Shown one piece after another: positions 53,491 to 62,115 of a stretch of DNA of 64,000 nt. The DNA lies in assembly GCA_963805945.1 (NCBI GenBank), contig CAWDVP010000006.1, forward strand, positions 256,001 through 320,000. Reading direction: 5' to 3'. A program made the translations under genes and the position numbers. Each line of letters opens with the position of its first letter. Positions within the stretch are counted from its first letter, which is position 1. The DNA is from Vulcanimicrobiota bacterium. Lineage in GTDB: Bacteria; Vulcanimicrobiota; Vulcanimicrobiia; Eremiobacterales; Eremiobacteraceae. The notes under the pieces were generated by a model, which worked only from the letters and a program-made list of their open reading frames with translations, was not told the origin of the DNA and ran no database searches.

Positions 53491-54309
53491 ATGAGATCGA
53501 CTGCGAAAGCCATTCTTCTTAATTCATTGCTCGCGATCGCGTTCTGCGCGACGACGGTGGCGATCGGCGCCGCGCCGGCTGCCGCCAAGTGTCCGCCGGG
53601 GACGATGCTGACCGAGATCCACCGCAACATCGACACCGGAAAAACCGCTCCCGGTTCCGGGTCGCAGCTGTGCTTGGAGTCCGGCAAGACAGCGCACCTG
53701 GTGGCAGACGCCTCGCTTACCGCCGCCAAAGGCACTTATACGTTTCTCTTCTGGGATGTGTACGGGAAACTGCACACGACGCCTGGCGTGACGGTCAAGA
53801 CGTGGAAGAGCGAACCCGCATTTAACGCCACTGCATGGTACTTGTTCCAGCCGAAATGCAAGACGCCGGGGCATTGCGGCGGCGGCAATACCAACGTGAG
53901 GACGCTTGGTTTCGAGGTCGACACGAACAAAAGACTGCCGGGAACGCCGATCGCTTCGGTGACTCCGACCACCAATGGTTGGGCGACGCCGCAGACGGTG
54001 GTGTACACCAACACGTCCGCGGTCACCATCACCGCCGCCAACCCGCTGGACTTCATCTACTGGAAGATATTTCCACCGAATCCCGCCGTGACGGTCAAGA
54101 GCACGGTGCTCAGCGCCCCGCAGAACGCCGAAGTGCTGTTGGCGATCGCGTTCTACGGACCGAATCCGTGCCACCAGATCTCACCGCCCGCTCCTGGTGA
54201 GCTCGGACCTGGCGCAGGGACCTCGGCGTACGAGGCCGCGGCGAAATACGACACGGAGATGTACAACGAATGCGTCGCCCGACATGGCGGCGCCACGCCG
54301 GCGCCGTAG
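53491..54309 (+). CDS. Hypothetical secreted Cys-containing protein
   Basis: GGGGAG ribosome-binding site, signal peptide ending AAA, six Cys in the mature part. Confidence 0.75.
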   Translation: MRSTAKAILLNSLLAIAFCATTVAIGAAPAAAKCPPGTMLTEIHRNIDTGKTAPGSGSQLCLESGKTAHLVADASLTAAKGTYTFLFWDVYGKLHTTPGVTVKTWKSEPAFNATAWYLFQPKCKTPGHCGGGNTNVRTLGFEVDTNKRLPGTPIASVTPTTNGWATPQTVVYTNTSAVTITAANPLDFIYWKIFPPNPAVTVKSTVLSAPQNAEVLLAIAFYGPNPCHQISPPAPGELGPGAGTSAYEAAAKYDTEMYNECVARHGGATPAP

Positions 54310-54316
54310 GTCGAGC

Positions 54317-54733
54317 ATGAGGCGCATCGCGTCGATACTGCTTGGGGGCTTGCTTGCGAGCGTGCTCGCGGCGAGCCCCGCAACCGCGATCACCTATACG
54401 TGGAGTCTTGGCAAGCCTTCACAGATCGTCGCGTACCAGGTCGGCAACGGCGTCATCACCGTCGCCACTGCCGTGGTCCTGTGCCAGCCGATCAAACTCG
54501 CCCTGGACACTACGAAGCCGTTCGTGTACGACTTCAAGATCGGAACGGCGAAAGGCGTGTATTGCTCGTGGCCAGCGCTGAGCCCGCCTCCGTACACCGC
54601 CCCGATCGCCGCGTACTATCAGGTGGGCTCTCCCTCGAGCGTCACGGTGCACACAAAGACCGGCGTGATGACGATTTCCGTCCAACCCGCTCCGCCCTCG
54701 AATCCCGCGATCGGCCACTTACCGTTCCACTAG
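54317..54733 (+). CDS. Hypothetical secreted protein
   Basis: MRRIASILLGGLLASVLAASPATA signal peptide; two Cys. Confidence 0.75.
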   Translation: MRRIASILLGGLLASVLAASPATAITYTWSLGKPSQIVAYQVGNGVITVATAVVLCQPIKLALDTTKPFVYDFKIGTAKGVYCSWPALSPPPYTAPIAAYYQVGSPSSVTVHTKTGVMTISVQPAPPSNPAIGHLPFH

Positions 54734-55188
54734 GACGTGGCGTCGTCCAAGCGTTTTTGAGCAGCGGCCGCATCTAACGCGGCGTTCACGAGCTTGTCTG
54801 CCCGGCCGTTCTGCTCGCGCCGGATGTGCGTCACGTGCGCTTCCTCGAAGCGCCGCAGCAGGTGTTTGGCGCGCGCATGCAGCGGGATGATCTTCTCGTC
54901 CTTGACGCGGTACTCGCCGCCGATCTGCTTGACGATCAGCTCGCTGTCCATGCAGATGTCCGCGCGCGCATAGCCGGCGGCCAGCGCTCGATCGAGCGCG
55001 AGCAGCAGCGCTCGATACTCGGCGACGTTGTTGGTCGCGACGCCGAGATATTCGCTGATCTCGTCGACGACGGCGCCATCGTCCGCGAGGATGACCGCGC
55101 CCGCGGCCGCCGGGCCTGGATTGCCGCGCGCGCCGCCATCGGTGTAGATCACGCAATGGGCGCCATGTCCCAGCTTCGCGTCGCTCAT
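54730..55188 (-). CDS. rnhA: Ribonuclease HI
   Basis: YTDGGARGNPG, TNNVAEY, MDSELIVKQ, REQNGRADKLVN. Confidence 0.95.
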   Translation of the reverse strand: MSDAKLGHGAHCVIYTDGGARGNPGPAAAGAVILADDGAVVDEISEYLGVATNNVAEYRALLLALDRALAAGYARADICMDSELIVKQIGGEYRVKDEKIIPLHARAKHLLRRFEEAHVTHIRREQNGRADKLVNAALDAAAAQKRLDDATS

Positions 55189-55217
55189 AGTCGGGCGGAC
55201 CTTTAGGGCCGCACGAC
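55187..55217 (+). repeat. Degenerate REP-like palindrome, family C, at the rnhA start
   Basis: ATAGT CGGGCGGACC TTTA GGGCCGCACG; one compensatory C-G to G-C swap relative to the 7646 copy, two mismatches. Confidence 0.5.
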
Positions 55218-55265
55218 GCGCTTGCCTGCCAGGGTGCGCGCGCCGCGAGGTCGTATACCGGACTC

Positions 55266-55847
55266 ATGTTCAAACGTCTGCGCGAGCTTTCATTGCTCGG
55301 ACTCGCGGTCGCCGCCATCATCGCCGGATCAGGCACCGCATCGACCGTCATCGCCGTCGCGGCGGAACCGTCACCGTCCCCGACGCCCACCCCTGTGCCC
55401 ACGCCCTATATGGCGCTCGAGATGATCCCGAACGGCACCTGGCAGATCATCGTCGAGACGCAGGACATCCAATATTCCAGCATGACGCTCAAGGCGAAGG
55501 GCAACGCCATCGACGGCGTCTGGAAGGTGGACAAGAAGACGATCTACGTCGTGAGCGGCGTGCGCGACGGCGCGCACCTCAAGCTCGATCTCAAAGCGAC
55601 GGACGCAGCGGATGCGCCGCTGCTCGGCAAGATCGACGCGACCCTCGACGGCATCGCCGACATGTACGGCACGATCACGATCGCCGGCGTCGAGAAGCCG
55701 TTCCAGGGCGCCCAGCACTCGCGAGTGCCACCGCCGGTCGACGTCGCCTCGCCTGGAGGCCAGGGCGTACCCGGCGGCCCCGGCCAGCCGGGCGGACCCG
55801 GCCAACCCGGCATCCCCGGCGGCGGGATCCCGACGCCGTATCATTGA
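55266..55847 (+). CDS. Hypothetical secreted protein with Pro-rich and G-x-P repeat segments
   Basis: Signal peptide, PSPSPTPTP, C-terminal GGPGQPGGPGQPGIP. Confidence 0.8.
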   Translation: MFKRLRELSLLGLAVAAIIAGSGTASTVIAVAAEPSPSPTPTPVPTPYMALEMIPNGTWQIIVETQDIQYSSMTLKAKGNAIDGVWKVDKKTIYVVSGVRDGAHLKLDLKATDAADAPLLGKIDATLDGIADMYGTITIAGVEKPFQGAQHSRVPPPVDVASPGGQGVPGGPGQPGGPGQPGIPGGGIPTPYH

Positions 55848-55874
55848 TCGCCGATCTGCGAACGCAGAACAAAG

Positions 55875-55906
55875 AAAAAACGCCGCATCTCGCATGCGGC
55901 GTTTTG
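55875..55906. terminator. Bidirectional intrinsic terminator
   Basis: AAAAAACGCCGCAT-ctcgc-ATGCGGCGTTTT between convergent genes. Confidence 0.85.
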
Positions 55907-55933
55907 CTTGGGGTTGCTGAGACCCGCTTCTGA

Positions 55934-56266
55934 TTAGTTGTTGTGCTTGCCGGACTTGGAAGCGCGGACCGACGCGTCGGTGGCCTGCTTGCTCGCCGTC
56001 TCGATGAGCTCGGCGACCTTCAGCGTGTAGTCCTTGCGCAGTTCCCAGAACTTGCGCGCGAACTCGAAGCTCTGCTCGATCACTTCGTGGGCGGTCGGGA
56101 AGCCTTCGAGCTTCGGCATCGCGGGCAGCGACGGCACGCTGGTCGGGTAGCTCGCGGCGATCTCGCGGAACGCGTTCATGCTCTTGAGGCTGGCGTCTTG
56201 CGCCTCTTTGATCGTGTTGAGCACGTCTTCTTGGACCTTGGTGAGTTGTTCGGTGTATGTAGGCAT
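55934..56266 (-). CDS. Phasin-like amphipathic helical protein
   Basis: Own strong promoter and AAGGAG ribosome-binding site; amphipathic helices; adjacent to phaC; function inferred from context. Confidence 0.7.
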   Translation of the reverse strand: MPTYTEQLTKVQEDVLNTIKEAQDASLKSMNAFREIAASYPTSVPSLPAMPKLEGFPTAHEVIEQSFEFARKFWELRKDYTLKVAELIETASKQATDASVRASKSGKHNN

Positions 56267-56296
56267 GAGTTGTCTCCTTAGCGGTTGGTTGAATAC

Positions 56297-56332
56297 GTGC
56301 TAAGTATACCAAGCACTTGCATGGTCTGTCAA
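56297..56332 (-). promoter_or_regulatory. Sigma70 promoter of the phasin-like gene with a palindromic operator candidate
   Basis: TTGACA-N18-TATACT with extended TG; GTGCTAAGTATACCAAGCAC (56297-56316, 16/20 symmetric) covers the -10. Confidence 0.75.
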
Positions 56333-56396
56333 TGGCCGCAGGGCGGGACAGAAGACCTCATTGGGATGCTGGTCGCAGGGATGGACAGCCGGGGTT

Positions 56397-56750
56397 CTAG
56401 CGCTCCGTGAAGCCCTTGTAGATCCGGATGAGGGTCTCTTTTTGATCCTGGCTGAGGGCCGGATCCAGCTTGATCGCGGACTCGACGCCGTGCGGCGCCG
56501 CCCCCTTGCTGTCTTCGTCCAGCAGCCCGGCTTGCGAGTACATCGTCTCGGCGGACATGTGCAGCGCGTTGGCCAGATTCTTGAGCACTTCGGCTGACGG
56601 CTTGTAGAGCCCGCGTTCGACCTGGCTCAGATACGGATTGGAGACCTTGGCGAGGTCCGCGAGCTGACGCAGCGACAGATTGGCGAGCTCGCGCTGCGCC
56701 TTGATGAACTCGCCGAGACCCTTCCAGACCTCGTCGTCGCGCGCGCTCAC
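56397..56750 (-). CDS. XRE-family HTH regulator, Rv0474/MLDSR-like
   Basis: GEFIKAQRE..LSLRQLA..VSNPYLSQVERGLYKPSAEVL...QKETLIRIY; GTGA coupling to phaC. Confidence 0.9.
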   Translation of the reverse strand: MSARDDEVWKGLGEFIKAQRELANLSLRQLADLAKVSNPYLSQVERGLYKPSAEVLKNLANALHMSAETMYSQAGLLDEDSKGAAPHGVESAIKLDPALSQDQKETLIRIYKGFTER

Positions 56751-58558
56751 GAGCGAGCCTTCTTCTTCTGTTTGCGACGAGCCGCTGCGACCGGCTTGCG
56801 CGCTATCGCCTTGGACGAGGGTGTTCTCGCGCTCGGTCTGCTCGGTCTGCTGGGATCAAACGCCGGCCCTGTCTCGCCTTTGACATAGCGCCCGGGGGCG
56901 GCTTCGCCGTCGGGCAGCGCATACGGCGTCACGAGCTTGCCTGCGCGCGGCTCGAACCACTTGGTCCAATCCTCCCACCAACTGCCCTCGCGCCGCGTGG
57001 CAGATCCGAGCCACGCTTCGGCGTTCTCACCTTTGACGGCGCGCGGTTTGGTCCAATACGAAGCCTTGGCGTTGCCCGGCGGGTTGACGATGCCGGCGAC
57101 GTGGCCTGAATTGGTGAGCGTGAACTTCGCTTCGCCGCCGACGAGCTGCGTCGCGGCGTAGGTCGAGCGCCACGGCGCGATGTGATCGCCTTCGGCGCCG
57201 AGCACGAACAGCGGCGTGCGGATGCGGGCGAGATCGATCGGCGTCCCCTCGATGACGAAAGCGTTGCGTGTGGCGATCGCGTTGTGCAGGTAGCAGGCGC
57301 GCAGGTACTGCGAGTGCATGAGAGCCGGCATGCGCGTGCTGTCGCCGTTCCAGGCCAAGATGTCGAACGCGGGCGGGGTCTTGCCCATGAACCAATTGCT
57401 GACCACGTAGCTCCAGATCAGGTCGTTGGCGCGCATGGCGTTGAACGTGCCGGCCATGTCGCTCGACTCGAGGAAGCCGAGTTCGCCCATCTTCTGCTCG
57501 AGCCGCGAGATCGTCGTCTCGTCGGTGAAGACGCCGAGGTCGCCGGGCTCGGCGAAATCGATGAGCGTGTTGGTCACGGCGGCGGTGCCGATGCGATCCG
57601 CCTTGCCCTTCGCCGCCAGATAGGCGAGCGCGATGAGCGCCATCGTGCCGCCGAGGCATAGCCCGTGGAGGTTCACTTTCTTCGCCTTGGTGATGCGCTG
57701 GACGGCGTCGAGCGCGGCGAGCAGGCCTTCGCGCAGATAGTCGTCCATGGAGAAGGCGCCCATCGTCTCATCAGGATTGCGATAGCTGATCATGAAGGTC
57801 TGGTGGCCGTGGCGCACCGCCCATTCGACGAACGACCGCCCCGGCGCCAGATCCATGATGTAGAACTTGTTGATCCAGGGCGGGCTGCATAGTAGCGGCG
57901 TCTCGTGCACCTTCGCCGTCTGCGGCTCGTAGGCGATCAGCTCGATGAGCGCGTTGCGAAACACGACACGGCCCGGCGTCGCGCCGAGATTGCGCCCGAG
58001 CACGAACGATGAGGTGTCCACCTGGCGCGGCTGGCCGTTGTTGTGCTCGACGTCGTCGAGGAAATTCTTCAGCCCCTGGACCAGGCTCGAGCCGCCGGTG
58101 TTCATCGCCTCTTTGACCACGGCGGGATTCATCCACGGCACGTTGCTCGGCGCGATCGCGTCCATCATCATCCTGATGGCGAAACGCGCCTTGCGCCGCG
58201 TCGTCTCCGGCAAGCGCGATGCGTCCACCAATTGCAGCGCGGCCTGCGAGCGCACGAAGTAATCCTCAAGCGCGCCGTGCAGGAACGGATTGGACTTCCA
58301 GGCGGGGTCGGCGAAGCGTTTGTCGCCGTGCAACGGCGCGGCGACGGGGTCTGGGGTCTCGCCGTTCATGCGCCGCAGGGTGTTCAGGCCGACCGTCTGT
58401 TCGGCGATCGAGAGCCCCGCGAGCCAGGTCGCGAGCAGGGTCGGGTTCATCATCACGTCGGCGGCGACTGCGCGCACCGCATCGCCGAGCGACGCCGGGT
58501 CGAAGCCTGCGACGTCGAGGCCGTAGCCGAACTCCTCGGGCGGTATCGAGCCGATCAC
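56747..58558 (-). CDS. phaC: Class I/II poly(hydroxyalkanoate) synthase
   Basis: DKRFADPAW, ATPGRVVFRN, PPWINKFYIMDL, GLCLGG lipase box, DHIAPW, SGHVAG, GSWW. Confidence 0.95.
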   Translation of the reverse strand: MIGSIPPEEFGYGLDVAGFDPASLGDAVRAVAADVMMNPTLLATWLAGLSIAEQTVGLNTLRRMNGETPDPVAAPLHGDKRFADPAWKSNPFLHGALEDYFVRSQAALQLVDASRLPETTRRKARFAIRMMMDAIAPSNVPWMNPAVVKEAMNTGGSSLVQGLKNFLDDVEHNNGQPRQVDTSSFVLGRNLGATPGRVVFRNALIELIAYEPQTAKVHETPLLCSPPWINKFYIMDLAPGRSFVEWAVRHGHQTFMISYRNPDETMGAFSMDDYLREGLLAALDAVQRITKAKKVNLHGLCLGGTMALIALAYLAAKGKADRIGTAAVTNTLIDFAEPGDLGVFTDETTISRLEQKMGELGFLESSDMAGTFNAMRANDLIWSYVVSNWFMGKTPPAFDILAWNGDSTRMPALMHSQYLRACYLHNAIATRNAFVIEGTPIDLARIRTPLFVLGAEGDHIAPWRSTYAATQLVGGEAKFTLTNSGHVAGIVNPPGNAKASYWTKPRAVKGENAEAWLGSATRREGSWWEDWTKWFEPRAGKLVTPYALPDGEAAPGRYVKGETGPAFDPSRPSRPSARTPSSKAIARKPVAAARRKQKKKARS

Positions 58559-59349
58559 ATGTACAAGCCTCCGTTGACGTCGTACACTGATCCCGTGATG
58601 TAGCCGGCGCTATCGTCGATCAGGAAGCGCACCACGCGAGCCACTTCGTCGGGCTGGCCGAGCCGACGCTCGGGCGATCGCTGGATCGCCGCCGCTAACG
58701 CTTCTTTCGGCATCGCCGCGACCATGTCCGTATTGATGAAACCGGGCGCGACCGCGTTCACCGTGATGCCGCGGCTGGCCACTTCCAGCGCGACCGTCTT
58801 GGTCAAGCCCATCACCCCGGCTTTGGCGGCTGCGTAGTTCGCTTGGCCGATGTTCCCGGTATGGCCGACGACCGAGCTGATGTTGACGATGCGGCCGTAC
58901 TGGCGCTCCGTCATCGAATCGAGCGCCGCCTTGATCATGAAAAACGGCCCCGACAGATTGACCTGCAGGACCGCTTGCCACTCTTCGATCGTCATCTTGC
59001 GGACCGTGTGGTCCGCGGTGATGCCGGCGTTGTTGACGAGAAAATCGATGCGTCCGAACTCGGCGACCACGCTATCCACGACGCGCTTGCACGCCTCGTA
59101 TTGCGCGACATCGCCTTCTTGGAAGTGCACGAGACTGGCGGCGCCGTTGAGGGAACTGCGCAAGGCGTCGGTGCGCTGCCGATCCGGCTCGAGCCCCATG
59201 ACGATGACGTTCGCGCCGTCGGCCACGAGCATATTGGTGATGGCGGCCCCGATGCCGCGGGCACCGCCCGTGACGATGCCGACCCTGTTGGAAAGAGGTT
59301 TGAGTGCCATGCCGCTAGGTTTACCTAGCGCCTGCTGTGTCCCCTCCAT
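58555..59349 (-). CDS. phaB: Acetoacetyl-CoA reductase (SDR), second copy
   Basis: TGGARGIG, NNAGITAD, GQANYAAAK, NGGLYM; coupled to phaC. Confidence 0.85.
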   Translation of the reverse strand: MEGTQQALGKPSGMALKPLSNRVGIVTGGARGIGAAITNMLVADGANVIVMGLEPDRQRTDALRSSLNGAASLVHFQEGDVAQYEACKRVVDSVVAEFGRIDFLVNNAGITADHTVRKMTIEEWQAVLQVNLSGPFFMIKAALDSMTERQYGRIVNISSVVGHTGNIGQANYAAAKAGVMGLTKTVALEVASRGITVNAVAPGFINTDMVAAMPKEALAAAIQRSPERRLGQPDEVARVVRFLIDDSAGYITGSVYDVNGGLYM

Positions 59350-59365
59350 GCCGGTGGGACTGGTG

Positions 59366-60114
59366 TCACATGTCGAGGCCGCCGTTGACCGTGTAGACGG
59401 CGCCCGTGATGTACGCCGATTCGTCGTCGAGCAAGAACTTCACAACGCGCGCCACTTCGTCGGGACGGCCGAGCCGGCGCTGCGGGATCTTCTCGATCAC
59501 TTTGTCGAGCGCGGCTTTCGGGATCGCGCCGACCATCTCGGTTTCGATGAAGCCTGGTGCGACGCAGTTTACCGTGATGCCGCGCTGCGCCATCTCAAGC
59601 GCGAGGCTCTTGGAGAAACCGATCAGGCCCGCTTTCGATGCGGCGTAGTTGGCCTGGCCGATGTTGCCCGTCTCGCCGATGACCGAACTGATGTTGACGA
59701 TGCGGCCGGAGCCGCGCTCGATCATGTGCTCGAGCACGGCCTTGGTCATGTTGAAGGCGCCGGAGAGATTGACGGCGAGCACCTGGCGCCAATCGTCGAT
59801 GTTCATCCTGCGCACGGTCTTGTCGAGGGTGATGCCGGCGTTGTTGATCAGAAAGTCGATCCGGTGGTAGCTGGTCGAGCACCTCGCTGATGACGCGGTC
59901 GCAATCGCTCGGGTCGTCGACGCGGCCCTGATGGACGGAGACCGACGCGCCCTCCGCCGTCAGCTTCTCGCGCGAGCTTGCCGGCGGTCTCCTCGCCTTT
60001 GCTGTAGCCCGCCGCGACATGCACGCCGCTCTTGGCGAGCATCGCCGAGATCGCGGCACCGATGCCGCGCGTGCCGCCCGTGACGATCGCCACTCGCCCT
60101 TCCATGATGCCCAT
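59366..60114 (-). CDS. phaB: Acetoacetyl-CoA reductase (SDR), first copy; two +1 frameshifts (about 59972 and 59870)
   Basis: TGGTRGIG...VAAGY / HQGRV / NNAGITLD, GQANYAASK, NGGLDM. Confidence 0.85.
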
Positions 60115-60123
60115 AATCCTTTT

Positions 60124-60816
60124 CTATTCCACCAGCGTCGGCGGACCGGTCGATATCGAGAACGCGAGATTGTCGGCGTATCCGTCGTTCGCGGAGCCTT
60201 CCGTCCGTATCATCGCGATCATCACGCGGACCATCGTCGCGTGGGCAGGCACGAATCCATCGGCCGAGCGCCAGAGCAGCGACGTCTTGCCCTCGCGTTG
60301 CGCCTCGGTCACCGGGCCGATCGTCACGCTATCGAGCACGGTGGCGCCGTTGAAGAACGTCGCCTTCACATAGGCGTGATCCGCTTGCGTGGAGAAGCCG
60401 CCGAGCCACGCGGAAAGCCGGAAGTGCGCTTTGTTCTGATCGATAAGCACGGCGAACGCGCTCAGATCGACGTCCTGGGTGGCCATGGAAAGCGCGTCTG
60501 CGGCGCCGCCGCAGAAGAAATTCAGACCGCGGTTCTTCGGTCCACCGTCTGTGAGGCTCGGATAGCAGCCGCCGCCGGTGCACGAGCCGTACATGACGGC
60601 AGTGGCGTGGCCGGTCGTCGACCACGAGGGCACCGGAACCACCGATCCGTCCTTGCTGCCCGCGCCGGCCTCGGCTCCGGGGTTGTGTATCAGATTCTGC
60701 CCAAGCGGAGGACCGGACGCCACAGGCGCCGTGGCCGCGGCGCCCACCGTCACGCTTGCCATCAGCGTTGCGGCGAGCACGAGCACGAATGGTAAAAATG
60801 CCGACGTCTTGCGCAC
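60124..60816 (-). CDS. Secreted protein with a galactose-binding-like jelly-roll domain
   Basis: Signal peptide; NLIHNPGAE, QDVDLS, LSAWLGG, VPAHAT, DGYADNL. Confidence 0.7.
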   Translation of the reverse strand: MRKTSAFLPFVLVLAATLMASVTVGAAATAPVASGPPLGQNLIHNPGAEAGAGSKDGSVVPVPSWSTTGHATAVMYGSCTGGGCYPSLTDGGPKNRGLNFFCGGAADALSMATQDVDLSAFAVLIDQNKAHFRLSAWLGGFSTQADHAYVKATFFNGATVLDSVTIGPVTEAQREGKTSLLWRSADGFVPAHATMVRVMIAMIRTEGSANDGYADNLAFSISTGPPTLVE

Positions 60817-60913
60817 AGCGTCTCCTCATTCACAGCGAGTCCCCTCCCATTTGCGGTGACGAAGGAGCGGCGACCTGCTTCACATGGCATGGCCGGCCGA
60901 GCGAGGCGAGGAC

Positions 60914-61987
60914 CTACGCTCGCCCGCTCTTGGCGGCCGCCCGCTCGTGGTCGATGATCGCCCGTTTGCGTTCCAGGCCCCAGCGGTAGCCGCCCAGTTC
61001 GCCTGAACTGCGGATGACGCGGTGGCACGGTATGGCGATGGCGACGGCGTTGCTGGCACAGGCGTGCGCGACCGCGCGCACCGCGCGCGGCTTGCCGATG
61101 CCTTGCGCGACCTCGCTGTAGGACTGGACCTCGCCGTAGGGTATCGAGCGTAGATAGCTCCACACGCGCATCTGGAACGCCGTCGAGCGGATGTCGAGCG
61201 GCAGGTCGATGTGCGGCTGGACGCCTGCGAGATGCCGGCGCAGCGCTTCGACCCATTGCTCGAAATCCGGGTGGTGCGGCTCGCGCATCGGCTCGAGCGT
61301 CGCACGCGGATATTCGGTCCGTAACCGGCGCAGCAGTTCGTCCGGCGAGTCGCCGAACTGCACGAAGGCCAGACCGCGATCGGTCGCGCCGATCATCATG
61401 CGGCCCACAGCCGTCTCGATCGTCACGTGCGTGATGGTGACGCCTTCGCCGTCTTTGCGGTACTGCAAAGGCGTCATGCCGAGTCTCGTGTCGGCCTGTT
61501 CGTAGACGCGGCTCGACGACGCGTAGCCCGCGTCGTAGACCGCGGTGGCGACGTCCTTCGCGCTCTTGAGACTCGTACGCAGTTTGGCGTGACGCAGGGC
61601 GTCGACGTATTGCTTGGGGCTCAGCCCCACCACCGCCTTGAAACTGCGCTGGAAGTGCGACGGGCTCAAGCCTGCATGCGCTGCGAGGTCAGGCAGCGAG
61701 TGCGGCGCGTCAAGATCCGCCTCGATAAGCCGGCACACGTCGCGGATGCGCTGTGCGTTCGGATCGGCGCCGACCTCCAACGGATGGCAGCGCAGACATG
61801 CCCGCAGGCCATCTTTCGCGGCAGCGGCGGGGGTCGGGTAGAACCGGACGTTCTTACGCAGAGGCAGCCGCGACGGGCAGGAGGGACGGCAATACACGCC
61901 CGTCGTCACCACACCGTAGAAAAACGCTCCGTCCTCGGTCGCGTCGCGCCCCTGCACCGCTTGCCAGCACCGTTCCGCTTGTAGCAT
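60914..61987 (-). CDS. ada: Bifunctional regulator / O6-methylguanine-DNA methyltransferase Ada
   Basis: GVYCRPSC and RACLRC zinc site, AraC HTH, IPCHRV active site. Confidence 0.95.
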   Translation of the reverse strand: MLQAERCWQAVQGRDATEDGAFFYGVVTTGVYCRPSCPSRLPLRKNVRFYPTPAAAAKDGLRACLRCHPLEVGADPNAQRIRDVCRLIEADLDAPHSLPDLAAHAGLSPSHFQRSFKAVVGLSPKQYVDALRHAKLRTSLKSAKDVATAVYDAGYASSSRVYEQADTRLGMTPLQYRKDGEGVTITHVTIETAVGRMMIGATDRGLAFVQFGDSPDELLRRLRTEYPRATLEPMREPHHPDFEQWVEALRRHLAGVQPHIDLPLDIRSTAFQMRVWSYLRSIPYGEVQSYSEVAQGIGKPRAVRAVAHACASNAVAIAIPCHRVIRSSGELGGYRWGLERKRAIIDHERAAAKSGRA

Positions 61988-62115
61988 GACTCGATTTTCC
62001 TTCCATAGCCGGGCGACAGCACCTATCGCTCTGCACCTATGGTAGCGCGGCTTGAGCCGGGGAATCTATCGAAAAGACGCTGCGCAATTCGTGGCAAACT
62101 GGGCTCTGTGGCTAC

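Noticed and set aside
56831..56851. 9-bp tandem repeat CTCGGTCTG in phaC
   Set aside because: About two copies in a low-complexity tail; too short to be meaningful.
12087..60114. Calling ggt, kgd, the RND permease, the YitJ-like gene and phaB pseudogenes
   Set aside because: All lesions are single +1 insertions with catalytic motifs intact, which fits sequencing error better.
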